DNA of 64,000 bases from Botryllus schlosseri (lineage: Eukaryota): assembly GCA_051294905.1 (NCBI GenBank), contig CM119371.1, positions 37,078,001-37,142,000 of the forward strand, read 5' to 3'. Position 1 is the stretch's first letter. Each line of letters starts with the position of its first letter. Of this stretch, positions 1 through 13,767 are shown in pieces. Below the pieces are notes generated by a model that had not been told where the DNA came from, did no database searches, and was given only the letters and a program-made list of their open reading frames with translations. The position numbers and the translations under genes are program-made.

Positions 1-469
1 CCTTCGCATTAGAAATGCATTTAATATGAATGAACAGTATCAAAAAGGAAACTTGAACGTGCCGGGGCATGATCATGCGAAACATTTGGTGATGAGGAAA
101 ACTGGCTTGTCGTGATCGATGAACGAAGAAGTGCCGCTTGATCTTCCACAGCTCCGATTTCACATACAACGACAAGATCCATCTTCTCAAAACTTGCACG
201 ACACAGCCCCGTCACTCACGCCATCGATTCCAAGCAGACCACGCGTGGTCGGTATATGAGCGCTGCGTCATTTCCCGCGGCTACGCAATCCGTGATCTAA
301 TCACGTCGTGACTGCGTGATCTGCGGATGCCCTGACCTCCTTACAAGATTGACGAATCACTTGATAATACTATTATTAGTTTAATAATTCATATTAATAG
401 CTGGTAATACACTTAATTACAAAATTTCCCGAGGGCCGAATTCACCAAGTGCCGAGTTCATCGGGAACC
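1..469. mobile_element. Partial TIR DNA transposon (family with GG..CC ends and repeated GCCGAGTTCACC subterminal units); the other end lies outside the window
   Basis: Ends in ...GCCGAATTCACCAAGTGCCGAGTTCATCGGGAACC (469). Bases 235-430 align with 13500-13700 and with the reverse complement of 53540-53710. Confidence 0.7.
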
Positions 470-779
470 ATCTGCCCACTTAGAGCACGGCCCACTCCTA
501 GGCTTTTCAAGTCATGGCTATGCGTATCAGATGGCGAGGAGGAGCCTAGATAAACGGCCAACACTTCAGTAGGAATTATGCAGTTGACGTGTCAGGCTCG
601 TGCCCGCAATTCATTGGTGTTTAGCTATAATGGAACGTACCACTACGTTACCTCGCCATACCTTGTAACATGGGACCGTAGCATTTGGCATTTTGTGTGG
701 CAATAGAATTTTGTGTGGAAAATTGTGTTCGCTTTAGAACTTATCCGAAACTTTTATTCCGCCATAGATTGTATATGAT

Positions 780-1230
780 TAAACGATATCGGAATTGATC
801 CTAGAAGAATTTCAAAGCCACTCACCACAAAGGAGGATTAAAGAAGTTTGAGGACAAATTGAATGAAAGCAAAAGCCTTTTCAAGAGATGTGGTATGTTG
901 AATCTGTTTTGTTATTTTTAAATACTTTGTTGTGCAGATAGCAGACGGTATATATAAACGTAAGATGTGGAAGCTATCAAGGTGTTATGTTTATTATTTT
1001 TAGAAAGTCAGTCAATCAAAGTGGACGATCGTATTGCTTGGATTATATTTAGGCTTATTTTAGCATCTTTAAGATCAATGCAACTCTGAACGTGGACGGT
1101 CATGAACACTTGAGCAGTGAACTAATTCTGTTCCTATATTGACATATCAGACATTTGCACTCAGTACCGTTGGCGGCGACAATATTGGTCAGTCAGCAAG
1201 AAGCATCATGAAGAGGGTTGCCAGTCTGGT
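780..1230 (+). pseudogene. Possible decayed fragment of a DUF4806-like (CACTA/EnSpm-associated) gene
   Basis: Broken frames read KPLTTKED/KKFEDKLNES, then a GTATGT donor, then LSTVGGDNIGQSARSIMKRV. Resemblance is from memory only. Confidence 0.3.
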
Positions 1231-1385
1231 GTAATTATAGCAGAGTCGGAAAGAATGGGAAATACGCTTTCATCGACCTAATTTGAACAAGATCACATAA
1301 AGTAAGAGACATTCATGATATGCTGCAAATGTGACTTTGTTCTTTGTCTAGTCACCCCACTTATGTAACAATTCAGGCTTCATGC

Positions 1386-3536
1386 CCGGGTTGTAACCAA
1401 GTCACAAGGCTCCGAGTCGCAAGTCAATCTCACTTTTATAGTTTATACTCGAGTCATTTTCAATTCACCATTGAGTCAAGCCCGAATCGAAGTCAGCGAG
1501 CTGAGGGCCTAGTCCGAGTCGTGGTATTATGACTCGAGTCAGAGTCTAAGTCGTTGTGTTAGCTGATCAGTTTCCAATTTAAGTCTTGTTCAACCAACTT
1601 TTTATATATTTTTTGTGAAATCGAGTGGGTCGCATTTATAATATACTAATTTTCCTTACTTTTAGCCAGGGTTATAATGACTCGAGTCATTTTCTCAAAA
1701 TACGGAAATGACTCGACTTGGACTCGAGTCATTGCGCATGACTCGAATCAAGTCATATGACTTGGGACTCAGATGGCCAACACCGACATTTCATTGTAAT
1801 TTCGAAGAACAGTAAAGTAACCACCCTATTGGGATTTGTCTATGGGTACTGGTACTTAATAATGCGACCAGAAACTGCTGAAAGTGAGGGAAATTAGTTT
1901 ATTGTGAATGCGAACCATTCGATATCACCAAACAGAGTTATAAAAGTGGGTTTTACAAGACTTTAACTGGAAACTGAGCCGTCAACACCAGGCGCGTATC
2001 CAGAGCGCAAAAAAGGGGGGGTTTTGCGTTACGAAATTGGCTATTGTGATGTCATCATTGCTATCACTCGGCTCCACCCCGTGGCGAATATTTATAGTTT
2101 AATAATAAACAGAGATTTGCGGTGAGTGGGAGATGTACGAATACGATACAGACATTGCCTGAAAATCGCGTTTCTTTTACGGTATGATTGAAAGAAATTC
2201 GTAAATACTCGCATTTAGTCATGAGCCGGCAAACGCCGCCTGTCTTCAAGCGCCTAGTTCCAGCCAGAGATGCGCGATTTTGTTGGGTTTTGACGATATT
2301 ATGCACACGGTCGGTAGTATCGCAGCGGACGAACAAGCGCGGAATAAGGCGGTAGCATAAACGAGGGCGATCGTGATCGCCATAGAGAGGTGTGGTGTGA
2401 ATAGTGTACGTCGTACACGAATGCGTGCTTTTCGATTGCTTTACTAGCCATACGGCTGAGCGTGTAGTACGCTCGAAGATAATTAGACTTTAATTGCAAG
2501 CACGCAAGTCAGTCAATTAATACAGAGTACACACTGGGATAATAACTAGATCGACAGAGCAACTTGTCATCCTATATAATTAGGTTAACTTTACTACTAG
2601 GCCTTCTCAATTCTCCCGTTCAGCGACAACATAGGCCTGTATTTGGACGACAGCAAGCCACCTAACAATCGAGAACGTGGATTGCTAGGCTTGTATTTTG
2701 AAATGTGAATGTCAATCGTAGGCCATTTCTCGCCAATAATCGCGAATACAATGTGGATTTGAGAATAGCATTGTCGTACTGGTGCCGTCGTGTCTGCGTC
2801 TCGCTGATCAATCAACACGCCGTGCAATTCTTAATTAGGATTTCAAGGCGAGCAGGTGCAGCGAATTCGCGAGCGATGTTGATTGCCGACAACTTCGTCT
2901 TTGCAATTACGTATCGCGTCGGCCAATTAGATTAGATTTTCCTAAAATGCATCTCTCGTTTTAGCAAGGCGATAGAGAAATCGAGGGAAGAAAGTTGAGA
3001 ACGTCAGCAACCGCCACAGCTGAAATGTAGCTGACCAGTGACCAAGCGCAGAATTCGTATGGAATTAGCGAATTATAATGACCTATTTTATCCTTTCGAG
3101 GCGCATAATTCCAATATTTTGTAGGGGTGTTAGTCCCCTTAAATAACATTAAGACGCCATATTCGCCTTCTCATACGTAAAAACGAATATGTTAAACTGA
3201 TAAATTAGCAAATATTAGAGGCTATATTTGACATTAATTTTTAGGATTTTGAAAAGGGGGGGTTCCGACCCCCTAAAACCCCCCCTGGATACGCCACTGG
3301 TCAACACGATGACTTGGACTCGGACTCCAGTCATAATACCATGACTCTGTCTGGAACCTCTGCGAAATCCCAGTAGCGATTTACTGTACTATTCTTTGAA
3401 ATAACCATGAAATGTCGGTCTTGGCCGTCTGAGTCTCAAGTCATGCGCAATGAGTCGAGTCATTTCCGTACTTTGAGAAGATGACCTGAGTCAAGTCGAG
3501 TCAACAGAAAATCGTGACTCGAGTCTTACAACCCTG
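1386..3536. mobile_element. Adjacent copies of the GACTCGAGTC-rich MITE family (TIR CAGGGTTGTAA)
   Basis: CAGGGTTRTAA/TTACAACCCTG termini with many GACTCGAGTC palindromes. Other copies at about 5756-6276, 6700-7195, 8553-9010, 26160-26325, 32770-33104, 33530-34023, 39789-40325 and 63228-63416. Confidence 0.75.
1989..3299. mobile_element. Non-autonomous hAT-type element nested in a MITE
   Basis: Imperfect TIR CAGGCGCGTATCCAG / CTGGATACGCCACTG; perfect 8-bp TSD GTCAACAC. Confidence 0.85.
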
Positions 3537-4307
3537 CTTCAGGCAATGAGCATTTACTTTGAAGATAAATAGTAATTGAATAACTGGTTGGTGGTACAAA
3601 ATTTTAATACTGCTTTCAAAAGTAGGCCTACCTTCATGATAAACGTTATTGAAACCCAAAGAACTTTTTGTGTGCCAATTATCAAGAGCTACCGGCACGA
3701 TAAAGGAAGTAAAACAGAGTTGAATTCAAAACCAGATGGAGAATTATGACGCATTAATGTCGAATTTAGAAATAACATCAAAGGAGCCAGAACACAGCAA
3801 CAATGCAGTGTATAACTACGGTTTATAACTTCGGGTTTTAATATGAATATATTATTAAAATGTATATTAAAGTTCTGTACCCCAAAGAGTCTCTTCAACT
3901 ACGGTTGCGTAAAACAGTATGACAGCGTGACACAATTCTTAATTATTTATTATAGTGGTGCCCACCGTAAATACTATTTTATTCAAATCCAAATTTTTCG
4001 ATGGCAATAACTCCGCTTCCACTTGTTTGAATCGAACCAAATTTGATGAACATCGTTTCTATACATAACCTCATACTTTCATGGGGTGAACAGTAAATTT
4101 TCAAATTTTTTCTATTTATTTTTCTATTTATCACGAGTCAATCAGACTTTCATAGTTTTGACTCGAGTGGTCCAGTCGAGTCCTTTTTAATTCACCACCG
4201 AGTCACCACCAAAAAATTCGAGTAAATAAAAACCCATTGAGTTTAAGCACTCTCTTTGCTTTGATTATGCGAAATTTATTGTCGGTGACATCATATTCTG
4301 GGAGATC

Positions 4308-7300
4308 CGACCCACACCACTTCCTGACATGGTGTATCCGATCGGTGGCCAGGTATGATTTTTAATTTCGGGGCTGGTACGGGAGGAAGCCGTGGAGATT
4401 TTGTTCGAACAGGTTTGATTTTGTTAGTTTTCAAATTTGTGCTAGGGCAATGGCTCTCAAGTGCTGCTTTGCCAAATACGCGAAATGCCGGGAGTTTTAC
4501 AATTGCCCATTAATTGGAGAAGTGAAACATCCGATTTTATATTGATTGAGAAATTTAGAATGTATTCTTTTTAATCTATACTAGAATCTGAATCAAGCAT
4601 TATTTTTAGATGATTCTTGCGAATACCCAAGTTATGCGCTCCTTACCACTGAGAGTTTCTTAATTAACGAGATCGAGAATTATTGTTTGGAAGTAGTGAA
4701 TCTCTATTGGTCGTATCGTAGCATACCAAACATGTAATATGCCTACTATGCACCTATGATCGTTAGTGATATATCGGTGAAGTTGTGATCAACCCACAGC
4801 ATTGACACAAAGTGCAATGAACATATGTTCGAACAATTTACCAAATTATCTTTCATACGATGTAGAACTGGCGTGCTATTCTTTGTGATAGCTCAATAGG
4901 TACATATTCAAACTTTCCATATCTTTCATACTCGAATACTCGACTCAAATGTAAGTTTAATATATGATTCAGAATCGAATTACTCAGACACTAGATGTTG
5001 CCTTGCCCACTCGGTAATAAATGTGTAGTGTGTACGCAGCGATGATGCGAGTGTAGTACAGCACAACTTGAAAGCAGCCGGGGTCTTGTTTAAGACGAAA
5101 TCTGCGAAATCTAAGGAGACTCTACGTAATAAATAATCAAAATTCATTGGATTTGGTCAGTCCAACTTACCGATATTTGGCAGTATAGACCTGATTTCGT
5201 CTCGATTCGCGGAGTAGTTGGTTAGGCGTTGACATTTTGAATCCAACGATATATTACTCATTGGTTTCGCATCCCATTAAGGTCGTGTTTTACAGTTTTG
5301 AGAAGTGGAGCATTATTGCCGTCGAAAAATTTGGATTTGAATAGAATAATATTTACGGTGGGCACCACTATAATAAATAATTGAAGAATTGGTCACCGTA
5401 AATACTAGTTTATTCATAATTCATATTTTTCGACGGCTATAACTCCGCTTCCACTGTTTGGAATTGAACCAAATTTGGTGAACATCGTTTCTACAGACGA
5501 CCTAACATTTTCATGGCGTGAACAGAAAATTTTCAAGTTTTTTGTTATTTATTTTTATATGATAAATAGAAACTTTCTTCTCCTGTAGCAATGTGGCTAC
5601 TGTTTGGAATTGAACCAAGTTTGGTGTGTAGTCTACAATTTAGAGACATTTGGCAGTGTAATAGAGGCTTGCAAACGGCCTAGTCGTAATTCTGACGAAA
5701 TATACTAAACTGAAGTTCATGATTTTAAACGGGACTTCGCCTTGCAGATACCATGCAGGGTTGTAACCAGGTCACAAGGCTCCGAGTCAATAGTCAATTT
5801 CACTTTTATAATTTTGACTCGAGTCGGGTCGAGTCATTTTCAACTCACTACCGAGTCAAATCCGAGTCCAAGTCAGCGAGCAGAGGCTCAAGTCTGAGTC
5901 ATGGTATTGTGACCCGAGTCCAAGTCATTGTGTTGACTGCTCAGTTTCTCGATGAATACTTGGTAAACAGACTTTTTATATTTCTGTGTGGTGATATCAA
6001 ACAGTTCACATTCATAATATACTAATTTTCCTCACTTTTAGCAGTTTCTGGTCGCATTTTCAAGTACCAGTACCAATACACGAAATCCCGATAGTATGGT
6101 TACTTTACTATTATTCGAAATTACAACGAAATGTCGGTCTTGGGCGTCTGTGTCTCGAGTCCAAATCGAGTCAATACACAGATTATCTCGAGTCGAGTGA
6201 TTTCCGTAATTTGAGAAAATGACTCCGAGTCAAGTCAAGTCATCAGAAAACCGTGACATGAGTCATTACAGCCCTGGAACCCTGTATGAAAGGTGTGATG
6301 TCACAAATGTGGCAGGAATTGAAATTTGGAATATTTACCTTCCAGTTGCATACATTTGTTGTAATTACCTGTTTGGTCAATTTTGATATTGGAATTTCTT
6401 AAAATATGTTTTGAAATACTGCTCCCCACGCTAAGATAGTTGAGAACCACAGTGTTAGGTTGTGATTTCCAGTTGACAATCGAATGTATTTTATATTATT
6501 CCAGGACGACGATCGGTCATCGCCGCCAACTCTAGTGCTGGATGCCATTTAAAATGCCCAGTCGACTTGAGAAAGGCTCTCGCCCCGAATCTCGTTCTGT
6601 CAGGTAAATTATTTTATAGCTGTGTAATGTTAGAAGAAATTTTGTTCGGGTAACAAACGGACTTGACTATACATCCGCAAAATCTTTCTTGATCTTACTC
6701 AAGTCACGATTTTTTTGGTGACTCGACTCGACTAGGGTCATATTTTCAAGTGCGTAAGATGACTCGACTAGAGTCATTTTCTGTATTGACTCGACTTGTT
6801 CTGGAGTCATTGTGCATGACTCGAACCAAGTCACATAGCTCGAGACTATGACGGCCAAGACAGACATTTTATTGTAACTTTGAAGAATAGTAAAGTCACC
6901 ATATGATTGCTGTTTCGTCTATCATTCCCGATACTTGGAAAATTGGGCCAAAACTGTTGGGACTGAGTAAAATGACGATATTATGAATTGGAGTCATTCT
7001 ATATCACATGAGCAGAGTTGTAAACAGTGGATTTAACCAGATTGAACTGAAAACTGAACGGTGAACATTGTGACTTGGACTCGGCCCTCTACTAGCTGAC
7101 TTGGACTCCATAGTGAATTGAAAATGACTCGAGGCAAAATCGTAAAATTCGGAGTGACTTGTGACTCACAGACCTTGTGACTTGGTTGCAATCCTGGTTT
7201 CAACTAGTCGTTATGACAATTTCAATTTCACCCGTGAATGCGACAGACGCTTGTTTCAAAAGTACTATTTGCTTTACAATATCCAAAAGTACAGGTGGAA

Positions 7301-9400
7301 ATATTCAAAACACACTACCTCTTGGGTAATTAGTGCAAGTTCACAATGTACAAGTCAACATACTTCGTTGCTAACAACCTCTATATGAGGTATATTTCTT
7401 GAATTATAAAACGAATTGACCTCAGTGCCTTTTATGTGTCTGAATGCATCTGTTGCAGGTGGAACGTCCATGCTTACCAGCTTTTCGCACAGATTGTTGT
7501 CAGACCTCGAAGATCTGGTTGCGATCGGGGAACGATACAAGCCCGTGAGTTATGCTTTTGTTATCTGCAATTACTTCTAATTACAAAGAGAGTTTGACGA
7601 ATAATAAATTTTAAACTATTCCGAATTAGATTATAAATTACACCTATAGCTACACAGTTTTTTCAAATTAAATTAGTATTAGAATTAATTACTGAATTAT
7701 CATAAACTGGAAATTGAATTAAATTCCTGATTCCATTGATGTATTTCACATTGTCAGTTGTCCGAGTGTCGGTGTTGCGTCCATAACACTCCGGTCCGTG
7801 GAAATATCGTGTCGTGGTTGATAGCCTCTATGCCTCGCTAGAGACCTTCCCTCACAGATCCATAACGAAAAAATATTCTATCGAGGTGAGGGTAATTGTC
7901 TGTTTTGGCTTGCGTTCAAAATAGCTATGTTTCATAATATCAAGGCATTCAAAATAGTGAGTGTACAGTGTACTGACTGGGCAGGACAAGCAGGGCTGTG
8001 GAGTCAGTTCACTATATCTCTGAGACTTTTTGAATATGCCGATCAATATTTTCTTCACGGAACTGAGACTCAAGCATTCCTGTTAATCCTCTCAAGTAAT
8101 TTTACATTTATTACATATTTAGTTATTATTATTGAGACTTTCGGAGGTACAAAGCTCAACGTACAAATCATATATTCATATTGAAATAATCCGTAATATT
8201 TCAGCTGATACTCATCAGTGGTGATCGTCAACAGCTAGTGAAGAATTGGAAAGAACATTGTATGTCAACAATCGTATCACAAATGCTCTTTCTAATTCAC
8301 TACCAGTTGCTGAGGATTGCCGCTGATGTGTGCCATCAGCCTAAAATATTAATGTACATTTCGATATGAATACACTATTTAATTGTATATTGAAGTTTTG
8401 TACCTCCAAGAAGCTCTGCAAATAGTGAAGAATCGGAAAGAACTTGTATGTCAACTATCATATCACCAAATATGACGTCACATTCAAAATAATTCAAGAA
8501 TTGGAAGAGAATAGATGGCTTGACCCAAATGTACTATTTGTAGAGTATAGAACAGGATTGTAACCAAGTCACAAGTCAATATCACTTATGGTTTTGACTC
8601 GAGTCAAGTCAAGTCATTTTCAATTCACCATCGAGTCAATCCCGAGCCGGTTAATAGATGGTCGAGCCAGAGTCATAGTGTTTTGACCCGAGTCCAAGTC
8701 TTTATGTTCAATTTTCAGTTTCCAGTACAAGCGGGTTCAACTCATTTTTCAGGTCTGGTCGAGTAATATAGAATGGCTTGCATTTATGTTATCGTAATTT
8801 TTCTCAGTCCGAACAGTTTCTGGCTCTATTTTTCAAGTATCAGGACTGATAGACGAAATACCAACAATGTGGTGACTTTACTGTTCTTACAATGAAGACA
8901 CTGTCTCGGCCGCCTTAGTCTCGAGTCAAGTCATTTTACAGATCTGAAAAAATGACTCGAGTCATCAAAAAATCGTGATTCGAACCTATGTCAAATCGAG
9001 TCAATGCCTGCACTAATATAGTCTTCCCTTATTTCAGAACAAACTTCGATTCCGGATTGCGTATTGGATCTGCAACCTCCCGAATTTCAGCCGTAAAACC
9101 AGCGGCGATAAAGTCCAGCCGTAAAAGCCTGCCTTACCTCGGCTCGTCAGGGCTGAGAATGTCGTCAAGGTCCAGTGTCGGATCGGAACCAAGAAATTCC
9201 GCCGCAGTTTCGGTCCTGGCTGCGTTCCGCAGGCCGAGAAGAAGTAGCTCGGTTTTGTTCAAGATAGGATTGTCGGTTGCTTGTTCTGTGGAAATATTGC
9301 AGTCTGCTGATATACAGGCCAAGCCAGGGATGTTCCTGTGTTGGCCGATTGGTTCTGCGACTAGGGTTGGGCAATATCGAGTATTTGAGTATCGCTAATT
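4308..9400 (+). pseudogene. ACTR10: ACTR10 (Arp11, dynactin actin-related protein) pseudogene, 3' exons, copy 1
   Basis: Exon pieces: 4308-4412 (RPTPLPDMVYPIGGQV*FLISGLVREEAVEILFEQ; donor GT, acceptor not identified), 6505-6603 (DDDRSSPPTLVLDAI-fs-KCPVDLRKALAPNLVLS), 7459-7544 (GGTSMLTSFSHRLLSDLEDLV), 7758-7885 (VHNTPVRGNIVSWL...HRSITK) and a last exon from 9038. The internal exons have AG/GT borders. Colinear with the ACTR10 C-terminal half (VEILFEQ, CPIDxRKxLAxNLV, GGTSMLPGFxHRLL). Stop at 4356-4358 plus frameshifts. Confidence 0.88.
8130..8416. mobile_element. Foldback/palindromic MITE in an ACTR10 intron
   Basis: Long imperfect inverted repeat (GGAGGTACAAA...TTTGTACCTCC). Paralogous copy at about 34945-35232; a third copy at about 44119-50530 is split by the hAT. 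Confidence 0.65.
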
Positions 9401-10302
9401 ATGACATGGCAACAGTATGAATGATGTGGAAGGTTCATGTATATGCCTTTTATGAGACCACTATTATAGGGTTGCGATATTTTGGGTTGCAGAAAGTAGG
9501 ACACTTTACAAGTTACAAAATTCGCAATACTGAACCCGAAAAGTGCTGATGCTACAATTTTTACGGGAAATCATGCTGCTTTAACTAAAAGAAGGCCATA
9601 CTTCCAGTCCTGATCCGAAAAACCTGCCTGAACATCCACAGGAGTGACAATTTGCGTACATATTTCTTGAATCCAGCCACTGGGAACAGTGGTTGCGTTT
9701 GTTGTCTAAATTGTTATCCCAATAAAGTACTATATTTAACAGTGCTAGTATTTTTGCTGATTGTGTGCGCTGGAGTGGGTCAACATTGTAACTGCGGTAA
9801 AAGTAATGCCTCGAATTTCTACTCATTTACAAGTAAAAGCATTAATTTTGAAGACCTGTCCAAACTACTTGAAGTAGAATGTCTATATTCCGATAAGTAG
9901 TTTTGGAAGTTTATTTATAGTTCTGTGCCAGTAGCGTGCTGACTTACCATACTTACTTTACTGACGTTCGCTCCTGATGAAAGTCAGCCAAATAGCTCAG
10001 AGTGGAATACATATGACGATATGATTTTGAATCTGTTGACGTGGAAATACTATACTGACATAATCTCTCAAGTAAGCAGTACAGGTGGACTAAAATCTAC
10101 TAGCATGCTAAAAAAAGCAGCACTTTGATACTGGCTACCTCTGAGGAAAGTTTCTGATGCTACTCAAGTACAAGTCTTCCTCAGAATTTATACGCAAGCA
10201 GACGACATATTAGCTAAGTAGATCAAAGCTACTTCGCGTAGTAGCAGAATACAACATAGTTGAAAAGTCCTAAAAGTAAATCTGATCTGGACGATAGGGC
10301 TA

Positions 10303-10440
10303 TAAATCAATCAGGTTTATTAATATTTTCATCGTCAAAACACCACAAGACTGCGATACAATGAAAAGATAGGAAGGTGTCGAAACAACATTCTTTTGGA
10401 TCAGACACCCACTATATGACTTCCACCTCGGCCTAGGGTG
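10303..10440 (-). mobile_element. 3' tail fragment of a CR1/L2-group LINE (or derived SINE), minus strand
   Basis: Reverse complement contains CCTAGGCCGAGGTGG...TTCGACACCTTCCT.TCTTTTCATTGTATCGCA...AATAAACC, matching the LINE 3' UTR at 37575-37696. Confidence 0.7.
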
Positions 10441-10578
10441 CCCGATGGTCCAGTTCTTTTCGATGTTGATCTTTTTTGAAGCCGCGGTCCTTTCTATACT
10501 AGTTCTTTCCATTTCTTGTGAGTGCTTTCTTTCTTCGGGTCTTTTTTCTGGGCTTTTTTGTCGCCGTAAGTCCACGAC

Positions 10579-11959
10579 CAGGGCCGTAACTGCCGCACCC
10601 CAAGCCCCCCAATTGGGGGGGGGGGCTCGAGCTCGAAGGGGGCCCAAATTTTTTCGTGAATTTGCATAAATTATAGAGTATTATTTTAAACTTCATGCAA
10701 CTTTTTCGATTTCAACTTGCCAAGTGTTATGATTATTGGGTAGGCTTCTCTTCCTCCAAGGAAAAATACGCAAGATTTATAGATATGGGCATATCGGCGC
10801 TAGTCATTACCGCGCTACGACGCACCAAGACATATACAGTTTTAGGTCATGTAACACGCGACTCCAAGAAGTGTGCCAGAACGATCGGCAGCGAGAACCC
10901 TTGGCCGGAAAGGACTGCCCTTATGGTGACCGAAAACTTCGTTATATATACGAAATACATATGGGTTTATTTGTCCATAGGCGCCTAAGATAGAGAGGAC
11001 AATAAATTGATTGAAATATATATGCAATTCCCGATCTTATTGGCCGATTTTATCATGAATTATCAAAAATTTCCGCGCTTGGCGCTGACTAACTGAACAA
11101 TACAACTGTAAGTTCGTGGCAAAAGCGAACAACGTGATTGGGGGGGCGAGTCGGTTGATCACCCTATGGAAGCTCAAGACTCAAGTTTTTTGATGAGCCT
11201 GACGAAGTGCTCTTTCGTTCCTGCCTACGGGTATACACACGGAGATGTTCAATTACTATTGAGGGGTCATATACCTTTTCAAGCACACCTTACTCAGCTT
11301 ACCGGTAAATCAGATTACGGGAGCAGAGAGAGGATAAAAATTGATAGCAATATATAAGCAATACCGATCATATTGACCGATTCATTCATGAACTATAGAA
11401 ATTTCTCGCGCTTCGCGCGATTAGGCAATCAAAGCTGATTCCCTAAACGGACACCCAATGAAGAAACAACGTATAGCCAATGTAAACACATAAACAGCGT
11501 ATAGTCGGAGGGGGGTCTGGGGTCCCCCCCAGAAGTTCGCTTTACCGCCATATGGGGGGGCCCGAGACCAACGTTTGGGGAGGCCTGACGAAGTGCTGTT
11601 ACGTAGGCTTACCATATTTTGAAAATGCAAAAAGAGGACACTTTTCAGAAATTTGCAAGATACAAAACCGGAGTAGAATTCTCAAAAACCGGTGAATTTT
11701 TCCCACTTTGCGGTCGGTTGACTAAAAAAAAAAAAAGGTCATCACTTCTGCTCAGAGCTAAATTCACCGTTTTTCACTCCGAAATATCCGCCTGACCGTC
11801 ACTTCTGTGCTAATTTGCGGCATATCAGACCTAAATTTTCAAAAAAGAGGACAAAATCTCAAAAAAGAGGACAAAAGGGCGTCCTCCGAGGACACTTTCA
11901 AAAAAGAGGACAAATCCTCTTAAAAGAGGACGTATGGTAAGCCTACTGTTACGGCCCTG
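10579..11959. mobile_element. hAT-type MITE
   Basis: TIR CAGGGCCGTAAC / GTTACGGCCCTG; perfect 8-bp TSD TCCACGAC. Confidence 0.9.
11604..11945. mobile_element. hAT-type MITE (TAGGCTTACCATA family, AAAGAGGAC subterminal repeats)
   Basis: TIR TAGGCTTACCATA; 8-bp TSD CTGTTACG. Relatives at 27573-27909, 30355-30787, about 55389-55511 and about 58983-59340. Confidence 0.9.
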
Positions 11960-12226
11960 TCCACGACTAACCTATCGATCTCGCTTCCCATGACATGCCG
12001 CCCTATTTCTTGTCGCTTTCTTTTTCTATACTACCTTCTTTACTTTCATTCAGTGTGCAGTGCATGCCTCCTCTTTACATCGCCTAGGCCAAGGTGGGTG
12101 TCATATTCCATAGACTTCTCCTTCTTCTTGTCTCTCTCCTTCTTCTTCTTCATGTCTTTTCATTGAATCGCATTTTTTGTGGTGTATTGAACTGATAAAC
12201 TTGCTAATAAACCGATGATGATAATG
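11960..12226 (+). mobile_element. LINE 3' UTR fragment, same family as 35740-37718
   Basis: Near-identical to 37460-37718, including AATAAACC followed by a GAT-repeat tail. Confidence 0.85.
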
Positions 12227-13053
12227 ACGGTCAGCTGATGCGATTGTGGGATTTTGTGATATCATCGATAGACCACTGCTTTGCCGTTTAGTATTACGAG
12301 TTCCGCCGTTTAGATTCATCTTCCTTGACTCAAGTGTATTTGTCATAGTCCATCCTGTCCGCAGTTTTGCCTGGTCAGTGGTTAACCTTCCTGTAATGAA
12401 AGTTGGAGTGATTTTGAGATGGTTGGATTTGCTCGGTCCGCTGTGAAGTGTTCAACTATCGAATGTAAACATGAAATGACAACGACCGACTTTTCTGTTT
12501 CTTTAGTTCGTTCCGCTTCGCTGAGGCATGATTCAGAATTGTTTAGCGGCAGCGCCTTTAGTATTTCTGGCAATCCAAAAGTTGAGAGCGCAGAATTTTG
12601 AACGAAAGTTACGGTCGCAACGAGGCCGACAATTTCACATTCGATAGTATAGCAGTGTAATTAACGCCTTGTGTACGGTTCGCCCGGTCCGCCGTTTAGT
12701 GTTGGCCTCGTGATGTGATTGCAATACCAACAATACCGTGAATATTATAGTAAAGTGTCAGTCAGTAGTTCAGAGCTCAGTTCAGTACCACTCACGAGGA
12801 GGGTGGCAGTGATTATTTCGCAATAAGATCAGTCTCTACGGTCAGTATGTGGACAATAAGGTCAGTCCACGGTTGAGGGTTTATGGCATTAGGGGGAAGG
12901 GTTGGGGACGAGGGTTGTATCCCGAGGTCGCTCACCACTACGGTACGCTATCTCCCCGTTATGACAGTAAATCCTAATCTAATGACCCGAGCCACCAACC
13001 TAATGACACTAACCCTTAATCGTGGACTGAAAGTATTGTAGACATAGCAGCTC

Positions 13054-13767
13054 GATTACCAGAGAACCCGGCCCTTGGAGAACTCGGCCTTCGGAGAACC
13101 CGGCCCTTGGAGAACCCGGCCCTCGGGAAATTTTGTATATCAAGCACGCGTGGTCTACTTGTTGTGGTATTCACGGAGTTTTTCGACTACTCTGGACCTC
13201 GGAGAATGCGGCCCTCGAACAATTTTGAATTAAAAATGCATTAAATGTGAAGCTGGCCCTCGGGAAATATTTTATTCACTGGCAACCCTAATTTCCCACC
13301 CCCGGCAACCCTAATATCCCACCTCCACCAACCCTAATATCCCCCCTCCCCCAACCCTAATATCCCACCCCGGCAACCCTAATATCCCACCTCCACCAAC
13401 CCTATTATCCCACCCCGGCAACGCTAATATCCCACCCCCGGCAACCCTAATATCCAAATCACACGTCTGCTTCTCGCCAAGTCAATTCAACAATGAGCCG
13501 ACCACGCGTGATCGATATGTGAACGTCGCGTTCTCTCCCGCGCCTGGAGCTTGCACAATCCGTGATCTGATCACGCCGTGACTGCGTGACCTACGCATGC
13601 CCTGAGCTCCTTAAAAGACCGACAAATCAGTTGATAATAACATTATTACTTTAATAATTCATATTAATACTTGTGAATACACTTAATTTGAATTCACCGA
13701 GGGCCGGGTTCTCCAAGGGCCGGGTTCTCCGAGGGCCGAGTTGGTAGGGCCGGGTTCTCCGGCAACC
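13054..13767. mobile_element. Non-autonomous TIR element (Merlin- or Mutator-like) with an internal CCCTAA-containing minisatellite
   Basis: Ends GATTACCAGAGAACCCGG / CCGGGTTCTCCGGCAACC with repeated subterminal units; 8-bp TSD AGCAGCTC; empty site in the paralog at about 56260. Confidence 0.8.

Noticed and set aside
5205..5290. tRNA-like A/B box remnants
   Set aside because: Too degenerate; at most an old SINE head.
9134..9374. Minus-strand ORFs with an apparent splice donor
   Set aside because: Better explained as the antisense of the ACTR10 last exon; the donor is not conserved in copy 2.
9970..10000. CTGATGA motifs at about 9975, 35137 and 40750 as hammerheads
   Set aside because: No properly placed stem II, GAAA and UH with a closing stem I.
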